A stretch of 64,000 nucleotides of DNA from Candidatus Caldarchaeum sp. (GCA_038831915.1 JAWBKB010000002.1:99751-163750), one strand, 5' to 3'; counted from the stretch's first letter, positions 39,026-49,759 are shown. The notes: generated from the sequence alone by a model not told the origin. Translations and numbers: made by a program.

Positions 39026-41353
39026 ATGGAGTTTAAACCCGTCATCGAAGAGAAAAACTGGACTCCACAGCTGGAGCTTGAAATTCTGTCGCTGTGGGAG
39101 AAAGAGGACCTTTACCGGTTCAACGCAAGGTCACGGCGGAAGAAATTTGTAATCGATACTCCGCCGCCATACCCAAGCGGAAGGCCTTGGCACATAGGGG
39201 CCGTTGCTCATTACAGCCAGATAGACATGATTGCGAGAACTGCTCGAATGACGGGTTACATGACTTTGTTTCCGATTGGGATAGACAGGAACGGGTTGCC
39301 GGTTGAGATCTACACCGAGAAAAAATACGGAATATCCATCCGCACGACTTCGAGAGAGAAGTTCATAGAGCTCTGCTCGACTTCGCTTGACGAGCTGGAG
39401 GAAGAGATGATCAACATCATGAAAAGGGCGGGGCTAAGCGGTGATTTTAAGAACCGTTACAGAACTGATTCACGTGAATACCGCCGGCTAACTCAGCAAA
39501 CTTTTGTCAAGCTATGGAAGAAGGGGCTTATTTATAGGTCGTTGAGGCCGAACAACTACTGTCATGTATGCGGCACAACCATCGCCGACGCGGAGGTTGT
39601 TTACGAGGATTTGCCGACGAAGCTGCACTACATCAAATTTCCTCTCCAAAACGATGGATACATTCCGATAGCGACGACCAGGCCTGAACTGATTCCGGCC
39701 TGCGGCGCCGTCATCGTGAACCCCGCGGACGAAAGATACAAAAACCTACATCATCAAATTTGTTACACGCCTATTTTCCAGCAGCCCGTCGAGATTATTC
39801 CTCATAATGAAGCGAGGCCTGAGTTCGGAACTGGTGCTGTGATGGTTTGCAGCTACGGAGACCACACCGATGTAAGGCTCTTCCGCGAACTCAAACTTAC
39901 TGAAAAGATTGTCGTCGACTCAGAAGGAAAGATGAACGAAAAAGCCGGTTTCCTCGCCGGTCTCACAATCAGCCAAGCACGGGAGGAAATTGTCGAAAAG
40001 CTCAAGGAAAACGGGTTCTACATCAAATCCGAAGAGCTCATCCATTCAACCCCGATTTGCGAAAGAAGCAAAAACCCAATAGAAATAATACCTATGGAAG
40101 AGTACTATTTGAAACAGGTCGAGTTTCTCGACGACCTCCGCAGAATCGCTTATGAAATGGAGTTTCTACCCGACCATTCTCGCCAACTTTTGCTCAACTG
40201 GATCAACTCGGTGACGATTGATTGGCCGATTTCGAGAAGAAGATACTACGGAACCGAAATACCGGTCTGGTATTGTAAGAGCTGCGGTTCGCCTTACGTG
40301 CCAGGAGACGGCGAATATCATCAACCTTGGAAGGAAAAGCCGTCTATTTCAAAATGTCCCTCATGTGGTGAAACAGAGTTTGTCGGCGATGAAAGGACAT
40401 TCGACACATGGATGGACTCGAGCATTTCCGCCCTATTCGTTATCAGTGATAGGCGAACCGGCCAAATCAACAAGACGCTATACCCTGTGACTATCAGGCC
40501 GCAGGGAAAGGAAATCGTTCGCACATGGCTTTACTACACGGTGTTGAGGTGCTACCAGCTGACCGGTAAGAAGCCTTTCGAGAAAGTTTGGATTAGCGGC
40601 CTCGGGCTCGACGAGCACGGCGAAAAAATGAGCAAAAGCAAGGGAAACGTCATCGACCCAATTCCCATTTTGAATAACTATGGCGCTGATTGCTTCCGAT
40701 TCTGGTGCGCACAGGAAGCAAGTCTAGGCCAAGACTTCAGAATTTCCGAAGCTAAGATCGCCAGCGCGGGAAAATTTCTGTCCAAGCTTTGGAACATCGG
40801 CCGCTATGTCTCCATGTTTCCCAAACCTCGGCGAGCCTCTCTAACGCCGACAGACCGATGGATATTGGCCGAGCTTTCGAAAACAGTTGAAACATGCCTT
40901 GAAGGCTATAAGCAGTTCAACTTTTTCATACCGTCCAACGAAGTTCGCAGATTTGTCTGGAATGTTTTCGCGCCACATTACGTTGAAATGTCTAAGCCAA
41001 GGGCTTATGGACAAGGTTTTTCACAGAGTGAGCAGGCTTCCGCTTTTTACACCCTTCACACAGTCTTCAAAACGATTTTGTTGTTGCTTGCTCCGATAAC
41101 GCCTTTCATCACCGACTATCTCTGGCGCAAACTCAATGGTGGCAAAAGCATTCATCTTGAAAGTCTTCCGAAAGCCAAGTGGCCGAAAGACATGTTGAAA
41201 TATTCTGAAAAAATTTTCGAATTCAACTCCGAAATCTGGGCATTGAAGAAATCCCGGAACCTATCTTTGAAGGACGAAATCACCGTTGAAGTTCCTGCCG
41301 AGCTGAAGATTTTTGAAAAAGACCTGAAAGCCATGCATAGAATAGTGTCATGA
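39026..41353 (+). CDS. valS: Valine-tRNA ligase
   Basis: DTPPPY, HIGA, GTGAVM, DTWMDSS, KMSKS. Confidence 0.95.
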   Translation: MEFKPVIEEKNWTPQLELEILSLWEKEDLYRFNARSRRKKFVIDTPPPYPSGRPWHIGAVAHYSQIDMIARTARMTGYMTLFPIGIDRNGLPVEIYTEKKYGISIRTTSREKFIELCSTSLDELEEEMINIMKRAGLSGDFKNRYRTDSREYRRLTQQTFVKLWKKGLIYRSLRPNNYCHVCGTTIADAEVVYEDLPTKLHYIKFPLQNDGYIPIATTRPELIPACGAVIVNPADERYKNLHHQICYTPIFQQPVEIIPHNEARPEFGTGAVMVCSYGDHTDVRLFRELKLTEKIVVDSEGKMNEKAGFLAGLTISQAREEIVEKLKENGFYIKSEELIHSTPICERSKNPIEIIPMEEYYLKQVEFLDDLRRIAYEMEFLPDHSRQLLLNWINSVTIDWPISRRRYYGTEIPVWYCKSCGSPYVPGDGEYHQPWKEKPSISKCPSCGETEFVGDERTFDTWMDSSISALFVISDRRTGQINKTLYPVTIRPQGKEIVRTWLYYTVLRCYQLTGKKPFEKVWISGLGLDEHGEKMSKSKGNVIDPIPILNNYGADCFRFWCAQEASLGQDFRISEAKIASAGKFLSKLWNIGRYVSMFPKPRRASLTPTDRWILAELSKTVETCLEGYKQFNFFIPSNEVRRFVWNVFAPHYVEMSKPRAYGQGFSQSEQASAFYTLHTVFKTILLLLAPITPFITDYLWRKLNGGKSIHLESLPKAKWPKDMLKYSEKIFEFNSEIWALKKSRNLSLKDEITVEVPAELKIFEKDLKAMHRIVS

Positions 41354-41790
41354 AACGACCTGAGCTAACCGTAGGAGCTTTTATAGTCGACGAGGCAGGA
41401 AGAATACTTCTTGTAGTCAGCCTGAAATGGAACTACTTATACAGTATTCCGGGAGGACACGTAGACCATGGCGAAAGAATTTTTGACGCTGTTATAAGAG
41501 AAACACGTGAAGAGGTTGGACTCGACGTTAAGCCGGTTCGGATTGTCGCGTTACAGGAAGTTAGAGCTCCTTCGCAGTTTGTTCAGAGAAACCGGCATTT
41601 CATCTTCGTGGATGTTCTGTGTAAACCTCTTTCGCGAAGGGTTCGGGTCGACGGCTCAGAAGTGAAGGGTTATGTTTGGGCCGAGCCTAGGAAGGCTTTG
41701 AGCCTGCCTCTTGAAAAATATACCGAAAGGCTTGTGAAATTTTACGCGAAAAACCCGTCGAACTTTATTTTGGTCGCATTAGACGAGTGA
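41350..41790 (+). CDS. Nudix hydrolase
   Basis: PGGHVDHGE...RETREEVGL. Confidence 0.92.
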   Translation: MKRPELTVGAFIVDEAGRILLVVSLKWNYLYSIPGGHVDHGERIFDAVIRETREEVGLDVKPVRIVALQEVRAPSQFVQRNRHFIFVDVLCKPLSRRVRVDGSEVKGYVWAEPRKALSLPLEKYTERLVKFYAKNPSNFILVALDE

Positions 41791-43030
41791 CGATTAGAGC
41801 CGAAATTAACGTTACCGCAGCCACGGTGGTGGCGAGAAATTCGACGTCGCCTCCCAGTATTTTGGGTATCGAGATAAGATACGAAAGAGAGGAAGATGAG
41901 CCTATTAACACGACTTTGTTCGACCAGGAAGGAATGTACAAAACTATCTGAAGACCTCTCGCAGTTATCGCTAGGAAGTAAAGAGGTTTATCTGCGTCTC
42001 CGGACAATACTTCGCTAATTGTTGAAGCTAGTTTGGCGGGTGTTCCGTCCACACGTACCGCTACATCTCGGGAAAGATACTCCCGAACCATCGACTTATC
42101 TAGGTCGATGATTATCAACCTACCTGCCTTGGCTTCTGTGGAGGACAACACCAGCCGGATGTAGTTACGGTCGAAACCATAATCCCTCAACACAACGTCG
42201 TATTCGACTTTCTCTACTTCATGACCACTGAGTGCCCTTCGGATGTTGAGCACCGCTCCGATGGCGATGTTTTCGCCGACTAGGATTTCGCGTTTGTCTT
42301 CCACGGGTTCAACGTTACGATTAACCTCTTTCTGGATGATGATGGTGTTTCCAAGGCTGATGAATGAATTCTTAGTGATGACGAGTGTTTGGTTGGCGTA
42401 TCTATATGTCTCTTCCATGATGTAGAAGTTAACGGTGCCTGCTGAAGTTTTGACCGATGCCACGCTAACTTGGGCTTCGCCCGCGTCCGATATGCTGCTT
42501 CTGGAAACCCGAATGTTCACCGTGCCGCCCTCTAACATGTTTCGAATGGCTTCGTTCAAAATAACGGCCTTTTGTAGGAGTTCTTGGGAATGATGGTCAT
42601 CCTGCGAAGACATGCTCTGCTCTATCAACTGCGTTGAAGCATCGACCAACATCAGCTGAAGACCGGCGGCTTTCATGTTCAAACCATATATTTGGTCGAG
42701 CGCCTCAGCAGCTTTAATAGCCGATTGGAAGTTTCTTTCAAAATGACGCAAAAGCAAATCAAGCTGGTGCTCGAGGCGCCTAATGGACAGGTAAGTGTCG
42801 TCAATTGCTTGTCTTTGACCAGCGGCTCTTGTCTTCATTAGTTCAAGGAATAACTTAATGTTAGGTGTTTCGACACCGTAGCTTGACAGTACCGCCATTT
42901 TTTTCTCGATTTTCGAAATAAACTCGGCGGAGGCTCTTTCAGCGGTGGCGTGAACCGGAAATGGATTTGCAAGCATCAGCGCAGCGAAGACCATTGCCAA
43001 CGCCATTAGCCAAGCATTTCGGCTGTGCAA
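41765..43030 (-). CDS. Secreted, C-terminally membrane-anchored protein
   Basis: Signal peptide (AxA-like VHA), helical then beta-rich domains, C-terminal TM followed by RPK. Confidence 0.78.
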   Translation of the reverse strand: MHSRNAWLMALAMVFAALMLANPFPVHATAERASAEFISKIEKKMAVLSSYGVETPNIKLFLELMKTRAAGQRQAIDDTYLSIRRLEHQLDLLLRHFERNFQSAIKAAEALDQIYGLNMKAAGLQLMLVDASTQLIEQSMSSQDDHHSQELLQKAVILNEAIRNMLEGGTVNIRVSRSSISDAGEAQVSVASVKTSAGTVNFYIMEETYRYANQTLVITKNSFISLGNTIIIQKEVNRNVEPVEDKREILVGENIAIGAVLNIRRALSGHEVEKVEYDVVLRDYGFDRNYIRLVLSSTEAKAGRLIIIDLDKSMVREYLSRDVAVRVDGTPAKLASTISEVLSGDADKPLYFLAITARGLQIVLYIPSWSNKVVLIGSSSSLSYLISIPKILGGDVEFLATTVAAVTLISALIVTRLMRPK

Positions 43031-43075
43031 CCGCTCGCCGATGAGAAGTCGGTCCCGCTATTTATTGCAATTACG

Positions 43076-43091
43076 TTCTAACAAGTTAGAA
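43076..43091. promoter_or_regulatory. Candidate operator palindrome between divergent genes
   Basis: TTCTAAC-AA-GTTAGAA; TATA-like TTTAAA at 43100-43105 and an opposite-strand AT box near 43060-43066. Confidence 0.5.
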
Positions 43092-43133
43092 AATAACTCT
43101 TTAAAGGACGGTTTTCGAGTTTAGAATAAGACT

Positions 43134-43997
43134 ATGGAGCACGAACAAAACGGGGATTTAGTTAGCAGCTCCAAAAAAGTAGAACCCCGGGATGAAAAAC
43201 TGCTTTTTTATAGCCTTCTCAAAAACCCCGTAAGGAGACAGATAATCAAACTTTTGAAGGAAAACGGCTCGATGGCCGCTTCAGACCTCAAGAAATTTCT
43301 CGGAATAAGCGTGGGAACTCTCTATTACCACCTTGACTTTATGCATCCTTTCGTCGTCAAAACAGACAAACGCCGCTACACGCTTAGCGAAAAGGGGCTT
43401 CGGCTCGTTGATTCGATGAAAATTTCAGACTTTCTGGCGGAATCGAGCGTGGCAGAACCTGTTGGATACAAAAGTTTATTCTACGCTTTCACACTTAACC
43501 CATTGCTGCGAAAAATCCAGCTTTCAAACAGCACTTTGATCCCCGTATCACTTCTTTCAGCCATGCTTTACACGTTACTTTCATGGCGTCTTTCTAACAG
43601 TCAGGTCCTGCTACATTTCAGGCAAATTTCTTCGCCGGAAGTAGCGGCGGTTCTATCCGCCGGAAACTTGGTCCTTCTCATTTTATTCATGACGGTTGCG
43701 GGGCTGGCGGCAAGCTTCAAGAAAGGAGGCGAACCTATAATCGCCGCAACAGTACCAATAGCGTTGACGCCGTCCAACCTTTTGATGACATATTTTGTTT
43801 TATTGTCGGGGTTTGGTCTCATGAACGATGGCTTGTTTTCGGGGGCTACTTTCTGGGTATACGTCTTCGTCCATATTTGGCAGCTGTCTGCTTTATCTTC
43901 GGTTTTGGTAAGCGCGAAAGGCTTGAGCTGGGAAAGAGCCGTCGCCGTCGTCATAGCTCTCTCCTACATCAGTTTGTTCGTTTCACAGAATTTATAA
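43134..43997 (+). CDS. ArsR-type wHTH fused to a multi-TM membrane domain
   Basis: LKNPVRRQII, SVGTLYYHL, YTLSEKG, then about 5 TM helices. Confidence 0.82.
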   Translation: MEHEQNGDLVSSSKKVEPRDEKLLFYSLLKNPVRRQIIKLLKENGSMAASDLKKFLGISVGTLYYHLDFMHPFVVKTDKRRYTLSEKGLRLVDSMKISDFLAESSVAEPVGYKSLFYAFTLNPLLRKIQLSNSTLIPVSLLSAMLYTLLSWRLSNSQVLLHFRQISSPEVAAVLSAGNLVLLILFMTVAGLAASFKKGGEPIIAATVPIALTPSNLLMTYFVLLSGFGLMNDGLFSGATFWVYVFVHIWQLSALSSVLVSAKGLSWERAVAVVIALSYISLFVSQNL

Positions 43998-44025
43998 ATC
44001 GTGGAAACATATCAAACGATGTCCG

Positions 44026-44874
44026 ATGAAAGTTCGTGAAATAGTATCGCTGACCAAGCCAAAAATCACAGCTTTGAACATTTTTACAGCTGTCGCTTCG
44101 TTTCTGCTTGCCGGCGGAAATCTCGCGACCATGCATCACCTCATAATAGCCGGATATTTTTCAGTCGGCGGGGCAAGCGCGTTGAATCATGTGCTTGACG
44201 CGGACATCGACGGAAAAATGCGGCGAACCGCAAAGAGACCCTTGCCCGCTGGACGCATCAAAGCGAAAACGGCTTTTATCATCGGGTTGGGGATGGTGAT
44301 ATTTTCCGTCTCTTATTCTGTTGTCTTTCTTAATTTGGTTGCGTCTGTGTTCATTCTGTTGGGTGCGTTGATTTATGTGCTGGTGTACACGCTTTGGCTG
44401 AAAAGGCGTTCGGTTTGGAACATCGTTATAGGTGGGGCGGCCGGCAGCTGCGCTCCGCTGGCGGGATGGGCTGCGACAGGCCAAGAATTGAGCCTTCTTC
44501 CATGGCTGCTGGCCCTGCTTGTTTTCCTATGGACGCCGGGACATTTCTGGGCCCTTGCGTCACGTGCGGTCAAGGACTATGAAGCCGCAGGCGTACCCAT
44601 GCTTCCCGTAAAGTACGGAGTCGTGTTCACGTCGAAAGCATCGCTCATCTCTAATTTGGTCACGGTCGCCGCAGCACTGGCGATTGCTTTTACAATAAGC
44701 CAGCCCATACTCTACCTACTTTTAGTGGCTCCAGTTTCGACTTGCTTAATTTACGAAAGCATCAAACCATGCATCAACTATTCACCGCAAGCGGCGTGGA
44801 AAGCTTTCAAAATTTCAAGCCCATGGCTTTTCGTGGTTTTCGCAGCTGCATTAGTTGCAAACACCATAGCTTAG
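44026..44874 (+). CDS. cyoE: Protoheme IX prenyltransferase (heme O synthase)
   Basis: LTKP, DADIDGKMRRT..RP, YTLWLKRR, WTPGHFW, DY...GVPMLP. Confidence 0.94.
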   Translation: MKVREIVSLTKPKITALNIFTAVASFLLAGGNLATMHHLIIAGYFSVGGASALNHVLDADIDGKMRRTAKRPLPAGRIKAKTAFIIGLGMVIFSVSYSVVFLNLVASVFILLGALIYVLVYTLWLKRRSVWNIVIGGAAGSCAPLAGWAATGQELSLLPWLLALLVFLWTPGHFWALASRAVKDYEAAGVPMLPVKYGVVFTSKASLISNLVTVAAALAIAFTISQPILYLLLVAPVSTCLIYESIKPCINYSPQAAWKAFKISSPWLFVVFAAALVANTIA

Positions 44875-44930
44875 ATAACGCGTGCGAAACACTCGCCCAT
44901 GATGGAGCTCTGTTACGTAGCATGGGTTGT

Positions 44931-46073
44931 TTACCTTTCTTCGATTGGAACGTATTTTCGGGGTTGTGGACCAGAATAGATTGCCCTCGGTCGAATCAGT
45001 CTGTTGTCCTTCCAATACTCGATGACATGAGCCATCCATCCAACGGACCTCGCCACGGCGAAAATTGGAGTAAACAACTCTTTCTCCAACCCCAGTAGAT
45101 GGAAGACAGGCCCTGAATAAAGGTCGATGTTTGGAAAGATTGATTTGCTCCGCATTTTCTCAGCCATCACCTGCTCAACACTGTCGGCGATTTGCAGTAA
45201 CGACATGTCAGACCTGATCTTTGAAAGCTCTTCCAAATATTTCTTTAAAATCAAGGCCCGAGGGTCGAAATTCTTGTAAACACGATGACCGAAACCCATG
45301 ATTCTCTGTTTAGCGGCAAGCGCTTTCGTGATGTATTCTTCGGCTTTTTCGGGTGAACCTATTTCCAACAGCATTTCGAGAGCTTTTTCATTGGCTCCTC
45401 CATGAAGCGGCCCTTTCAAAGCACCTATCCCCGCCGACACCGCTGAATAAAGGTCGGACAGGGTTGATGCGACTACGAGGGCAGCGGTCGTGGAAGCTGG
45501 AAGCTCATGCTCGGCATGAAGCATAAAAGCTACGTCGATGATTTTTGATTCAAGCGGTGTCGGCCGCCTTCCTGTCGCCATGTAGAGAAAGTTGGCAGCG
45601 TGAGGCAGGTCTTCCGAAGGCGGGATAGGTTCCAAACCTTTTCGAACACGGTAAGCCGCGGCCAAGAAAGTCGCTATTCTTGAAATCAACCTGATCGCAA
45701 CGGACATCCGAGCATCTGGTGTGTTCTGCTCTGCTTCTTCATCAAAGAGAGCAAGCAGGTCTACTCCAGCGCGTAAAACGCTGATAAGCAGTGTGTTTCG
45801 CGGGAAGGATTTCACGATCTTCCAAACTTCTGACGGAAGGTCACGTTCTTTTATGAGAATCTTCACGGTTTCCTCCAATTCAGACTTTGTAGGAAGCCTA
45901 GCGTTCAGAAGTAGAAAGCAAACCTCCTCATAGCTCGAATGTTCAACGAGTTCTTCAATAGGGTAGCCGACGTAGTACAGCTTGCCCTTTTCCCCATCGA
46001 TGCTTGACAGAACGGTGTATTTGATTGGAATGTTTTCGAGGCCTTTGGCGATATCGGCAGCGGCAGAATTCAT
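44931..46073 (-). CDS. gltA: Citrate synthase
   Basis: HAEHE, GPLHGGAN, GFGHRVY, PNIDLYSG. Confidence 0.94.
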   Translation of the reverse strand: MNSAAADIAKGLENIPIKYTVLSSIDGEKGKLYYVGYPIEELVEHSSYEEVCFLLLNARLPTKSELEETVKILIKERDLPSEVWKIVKSFPRNTLLISVLRAGVDLLALFDEEAEQNTPDARMSVAIRLISRIATFLAAAYRVRKGLEPIPPSEDLPHAANFLYMATGRRPTPLESKIIDVAFMLHAEHELPASTTAALVVASTLSDLYSAVSAGIGALKGPLHGGANEKALEMLLEIGSPEKAEEYITKALAAKQRIMGFGHRVYKNFDPRALILKKYLEELSKIRSDMSLLQIADSVEQVMAEKMRSKSIFPNIDLYSGPVFHLLGLEKELFTPIFAVARSVGWMAHVIEYWKDNRLIRPRAIYSGPQPRKYVPIEER

Positions 46074-46111
46074 ACCATGGTGGAGGGAATGTTCATAATA
46101 AATAGGTGTGT

Positions 46112-47809
46112 TTACTGCTTTGACAGTTTCTGCTGCACGATTTCGCGGACTTTACGTCGAAGCATTTTACCGACAAGACTTTTCGGTATTTCGTCAACGA
46201 GCACTATCTCTGAAGGCCTCTTGTATTCGGAAAGTTTCTTATCGCAAAGCTCACGAATCTTTTCGACCTCCTCTGAAGACCTGTCAGGTTTGAGAACTAC
46301 GGCGGCGACTATCTTTTCACCAACTACCGGGTCTGGGACACCTACGACAGAGACTTCCTTGACCGCGTCGCTTTCGTAAATTACTTTCTCGATTTCCGCG
46401 GGGAATACTGTGAAACCTTTATGCTTTATAATGTCTTTAGCCCTTTCAGTGAAGTGGAAGTAGCCTTCTTGGTCCATGGTTGCGAGGTCTCCTGTTCTCA
46501 GCCATTTCCTCCCCGCTTCATGGATGAAGACGTCGCTGTTATCCATGCCGAGATAGCCCTGCATGACCTGAGGCCCTGAAACGACAACCTCGCCTACTTC
46601 ACCGGGTCCGAGGAACATTTTCTTTTCAGGGTCGTAGATTCCCGCGTATGTGGAGGGCAGGGGAATTCCGAAAGAACCTTTCTTGATTCGATCTGGTGGA
46701 TTCACGTGTGTAACTGGAGACGCTTCGGACAATCCGTATCCTTCGCAGATTTTTTTTCCGAATTTTTTCTCGAAGTTATCCGCTACTTCTGGCGGAAGCA
46801 TGTCAGCGCCTGAAATCACGAGTTTAAGAGAGACGTACTTGATTTCATCAGCGAGTTTGTGCTTTGACATAACGTTGAACAACGTAGGTACGCCGGGGAA
46901 AATGGTTGCTGAAAATTTTGCCACATCTTTCATGAATTTCTCTATTTCGAGCCTTGGGAAAATGATTAGGGAGTTTCCTTTGAGCAGCCCCGCGCCTAGG
47001 ATAACTGTTTGACCGTATATATGGTAGAATGGTAGAAGGGCGACGAACCGTTCTTTTCCGGTTTCGATATAAGGCTTGATGAATTCATACATTTGGTAGA
47101 TGTTAGAAACGATGTTGTGATGGGTCAGCAATACTCCTCTTGGAAAACCAGTGGTTCCACCCGTGAATTGTATCGAGGCGATGTCTTTCACAGGGTCGAG
47201 TGAAGGTTCGAGTTTTTCCGGAGATGTCTCTAACAGCTTGAGATATTGTTTGATGGCAGGATGTTGCGGAACCGGTTTTGAGGGTATTTTTCCTAACAGT
47301 TTGCCAAGCCTCTTCTTTAGTCCGGGGAGATGGTCCGCGATGTTTGAAACAATTACATGTTGAAGCTCGGTTTTCGGAAGTGCTTCCATAACTTGGTCTA
47401 TGAATAGGTCCAGACAGATTATTGCCTTAGCTGATGAACGTTTACATAGCTCGGCTATTTCTTCACCTGTGCTTAGCGGGTTGATGGGCACCACCGTTAA
47501 GCCCGCCTTAAACGCTCCATAGTAAGATACGATGAACTGCACGCTGTTGGGAAGAAGTATCGCGAACCTGTCTCCCTTCTTCAATCCGAGGTTTTTCAAA
47601 GCTGTTCCGAAGCTGTCGGAAAATTTTTTCAACTCCGCGAAGGTGTATGATGTGCCCAGGAAAAACGCCGCAACTTTTTCACCCGAAGATTCGCAAATTT
47701 CGTCGAACATTTGTGGAAGGGTGATTAAAGGTGCTTCGACGTTTGGATTTACGGATTTGTCATAGAGTCGGGTCCATGGTCTGCTAAGGACGAATTCTAA
47801 ACCGTCCAT
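46112..47809 (-). CDS. Long-chain acyl-CoA ligase
   Basis: FTGGTTGFP, EGYGLSEASP, RTGD, GKMLRR. Confidence 0.92.
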   Translation of the reverse strand: MDGLEFVLSRPWTRLYDKSVNPNVEAPLITLPQMFDEICESSGEKVAAFFLGTSYTFAELKKFSDSFGTALKNLGLKKGDRFAILLPNSVQFIVSYYGAFKAGLTVVPINPLSTGEEIAELCKRSSAKAIICLDLFIDQVMEALPKTELQHVIVSNIADHLPGLKKRLGKLLGKIPSKPVPQHPAIKQYLKLLETSPEKLEPSLDPVKDIASIQFTGGTTGFPRGVLLTHHNIVSNIYQMYEFIKPYIETGKERFVALLPFYHIYGQTVILGAGLLKGNSLIIFPRLEIEKFMKDVAKFSATIFPGVPTLFNVMSKHKLADEIKYVSLKLVISGADMLPPEVADNFEKKFGKKICEGYGLSEASPVTHVNPPDRIKKGSFGIPLPSTYAGIYDPEKKMFLGPGEVGEVVVSGPQVMQGYLGMDNSDVFIHEAGRKWLRTGDLATMDQEGYFHFTERAKDIIKHKGFTVFPAEIEKVIYESDAVKEVSVVGVPDPVVGEKIVAAVVLKPDRSSEEVEKIRELCDKKLSEYKRPSEIVLVDEIPKSLVGKMLRRKVREIVQQKLSKQ

Positions 47810-47859
47810 GACAAGAGGAAGGAACAAACCTTTAAAAGCGTTTCCAAGCAATTTACGCC

Positions 47860-48222
47860 ATGGTTGAAATAATTCACAGCCCTGTCAAACAATTGATCAT
47901 CATGGAATACATCCGTTTCCCGAATGCCGAGGAGCTGGTGAAAAACATGATTCTTCCGCCGGGACAGCCTGCGGTGCTCTACTGGGCTGAAGGAGTGATT
48001 TTCCTGCCCATCCCGGTGCCTGCTAACAACACCAAAGTCATCGAAGAGCTTCTGAACGGCAGAACCTACTGGATGAGCGTTTCATATGCACTAATGCCTA
48101 CGTATTCAACGATGATCAGCGCGGAAAAAGGCCCCGAAGCCCTTGTCATCAACGTTTCACGAAGCCACTTACTGAGCCAAGTCGCTCGATGGCTCAAGGA
48201 GCGACCTTCTTCTGACTCTTAG
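47860..48222 (+). CDS. Hypothetical protein
   Basis: 120-aa ORF with ATG, LYWAEG motif, upstream TTTAAA. Confidence 0.7.
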   Translation: MVEIIHSPVKQLIIMEYIRFPNAEELVKNMILPPGQPAVLYWAEGVIFLPIPVPANNTKVIEELLNGRTYWMSVSYALMPTYSTMISAEKGPEALVINVSRSHLLSQVARWLKERPSSDS

Positions 48223-48984
48223 GTCAAGAACCCAGTGGGCCATCCGAGGCGAATAAGTTTTCACAATTCGTTTTTCGAGAAGCTCTGTGCTAAACCCGTT
48301 TTCTTCAGCGATTTTCCGACAGAGGTCATACAACTTGTCACCGCCGTCTCTGGTGTCTGCGATTTCGTGAAAATGAATGATGCCGCCGTCGGGATTGGCG
48401 AGATGAATGGCGGTGGATAAGTAGTCAGCGGTTCCTTTCAAGTATCCCATCAAAATTCGGTCAGCGACACCCCGCAGGCCTTTTTCAAGTGCATTGCGGC
48501 AGTCTTCGTTGAACGCCGTCACTTTGTCAGAAACTCCGTTTAGGCGGATGTTTTCACACAGATAACGGTAGGCGTACGAATTAATTTCGAATGCGTAGAC
48601 ATATTTGGAGGGCGCTTTGGCGGCTGGAATTGAAAATTGACCGACTCCGGCGAACATGTCCACCACAACTTCGCCGGGCTGAACAATTGCTCGAATCCTT
48701 CGTCTTTCAAAGCTGTTTCCAAGCGAAAACATCAGCCGGGCCGCGTCCAGTTCGAAAATCAAGCCATCCTCCCGGACAATAGTTTCTGTATTCGTGCTGC
48801 CCGCGACGTGTTTGACCACGGGGATACGGTGCTGGCTATGTATCCTCTCGATGGTGAGAACGGTTTTGACTGATTTGTTTGACGCCATGATTTTTTCCGC
48901 TAAAGATTTGACGTCGACCGATGTGTTGAGCGGCAGCCGCACTAGGGCTACCGTGCCGAGGTATTTGATCGTCGGTTTCTTCAT
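48169..48984 (-). CDS. taw2: Taw2-like tRNA(Phe) wyosine-pathway transferase (Trm5/TYW2 family)
   Basis: MFSLGN..ER, DMFAGVG, DRILMGY (not Trm5 NLP), HFHE, KTYSP...HWVLD. Confidence 0.75.
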   Translation of the reverse strand: MKKPTIKYLGTVALVRLPLNTSVDVKSLAEKIMASNKSVKTVLTIERIHSQHRIPVVKHVAGSTNTETIVREDGLIFELDAARLMFSLGNSFERRRIRAIVQPGEVVVDMFAGVGQFSIPAAKAPSKYVYAFEINSYAYRYLCENIRLNGVSDKVTAFNEDCRNALEKGLRGVADRILMGYLKGTADYLSTAIHLANPDGGIIHFHEIADTRDGGDKLYDLCRKIAEENGFSTELLEKRIVKTYSPRMAHWVLDLRVRRRSLLEPSSDLAQ

Positions 48985-49047
48985 CCAAACGTCAGTGGAC
49001 GCCTCTAGGGTTTAAGGCTTAATAATCGAACCTTTCCTCAAAAGCCT

Positions 49048-49428
49048 GTGAGCGCCGAAGCCAAGAAAAAACCCGAAAAGAAAAAGGCTCCTGAGAAAAA
49101 GGAAGAGGTTGTCGAAAGAGGTGTCTTAGGGATTTTCGGTCAGTCCAGCCTCGACGAAGTGAAAGACTATGTGAAGACGGTCAAAGTTTTGACTCCGTCG
49201 AGTCTCGCTGAACGTTTCAAAATCCGGGTTTCTGTGGCGAAAGCCTTGTTAAAAGAGCTGGCGTCCAAAGGAATCGTTAAAGAGGTGACAGGAAGCAATA
49301 GAATTCGAATATATTCACCTTTGATTACTACAGCGGCTCCTGTGGCGAAGGAAGTCGTCGAAGCTGAGGCGAAGCCGAAGAAAGCTAAAAAGTCTTCGAA
49401 ACAATCCGCATCCGCGCCCCAATCTTAG
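49048..49428 (+). CDS. rps25e: Ribosomal protein S25e
   Basis: LTPSSLAERFKIRVSVAKALLKEL...IY; Lys-rich termini. Confidence 0.88.
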   Translation: MSAEAKKKPEKKKAPEKKEEVVERGVLGIFGQSSLDEVKDYVKTVKVLTPSSLAERFKIRVSVAKALLKELASKGIVKEVTGSNRIRIYSPLITTAAPVAKEVVEAEAKPKKAKKSSKQSASAPQS

Positions 49429-49759
49429 CTCGTGAAACTTCTCTGAATCCCTCGCCGACAGAGCCGATTCTAATCGTTTGACTACGTGCCATGTGTTCAG
49501 ACAAGGCGATTCCTATCGCTTTTTCAGGTGACCAGTAGAAGATGTCTCCTGGTAAGAGTTTCGACGTGGTTTTTTCCACGCCTCGGGAAATTTCCGTGAT
49601 TATGTAAACGGCGTTCGGCCACCGGGCTATGAATCCCTCGACCGGAAGACGTTTAATTACCTCGTTTACGGTGAGTGGGGCGGCGAATACATACAGCTCT
49701 CCTTCAACGGGGTTGAGCTCATCTATCTGGACGATGATAGGGATTCGTGCACCAGTCAT
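49385..49759 (-). CDS. Cyclophilin-like fold protein (TM1367/DUF369-like)
   Basis: APLTV...LP, GDIFYW. Confidence 0.72.
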   Translation of the reverse strand: MTGARIPIIVQIDELNPVEGELYVFAAPLTVNEVIKRLPVEGFIARWPNAVYIITEISRGVEKTTSKLLPGDIFYWSPEKAIGIALSEHMARSQTIRIGSVGEGFREVSRAKIGARMRIVSKTF

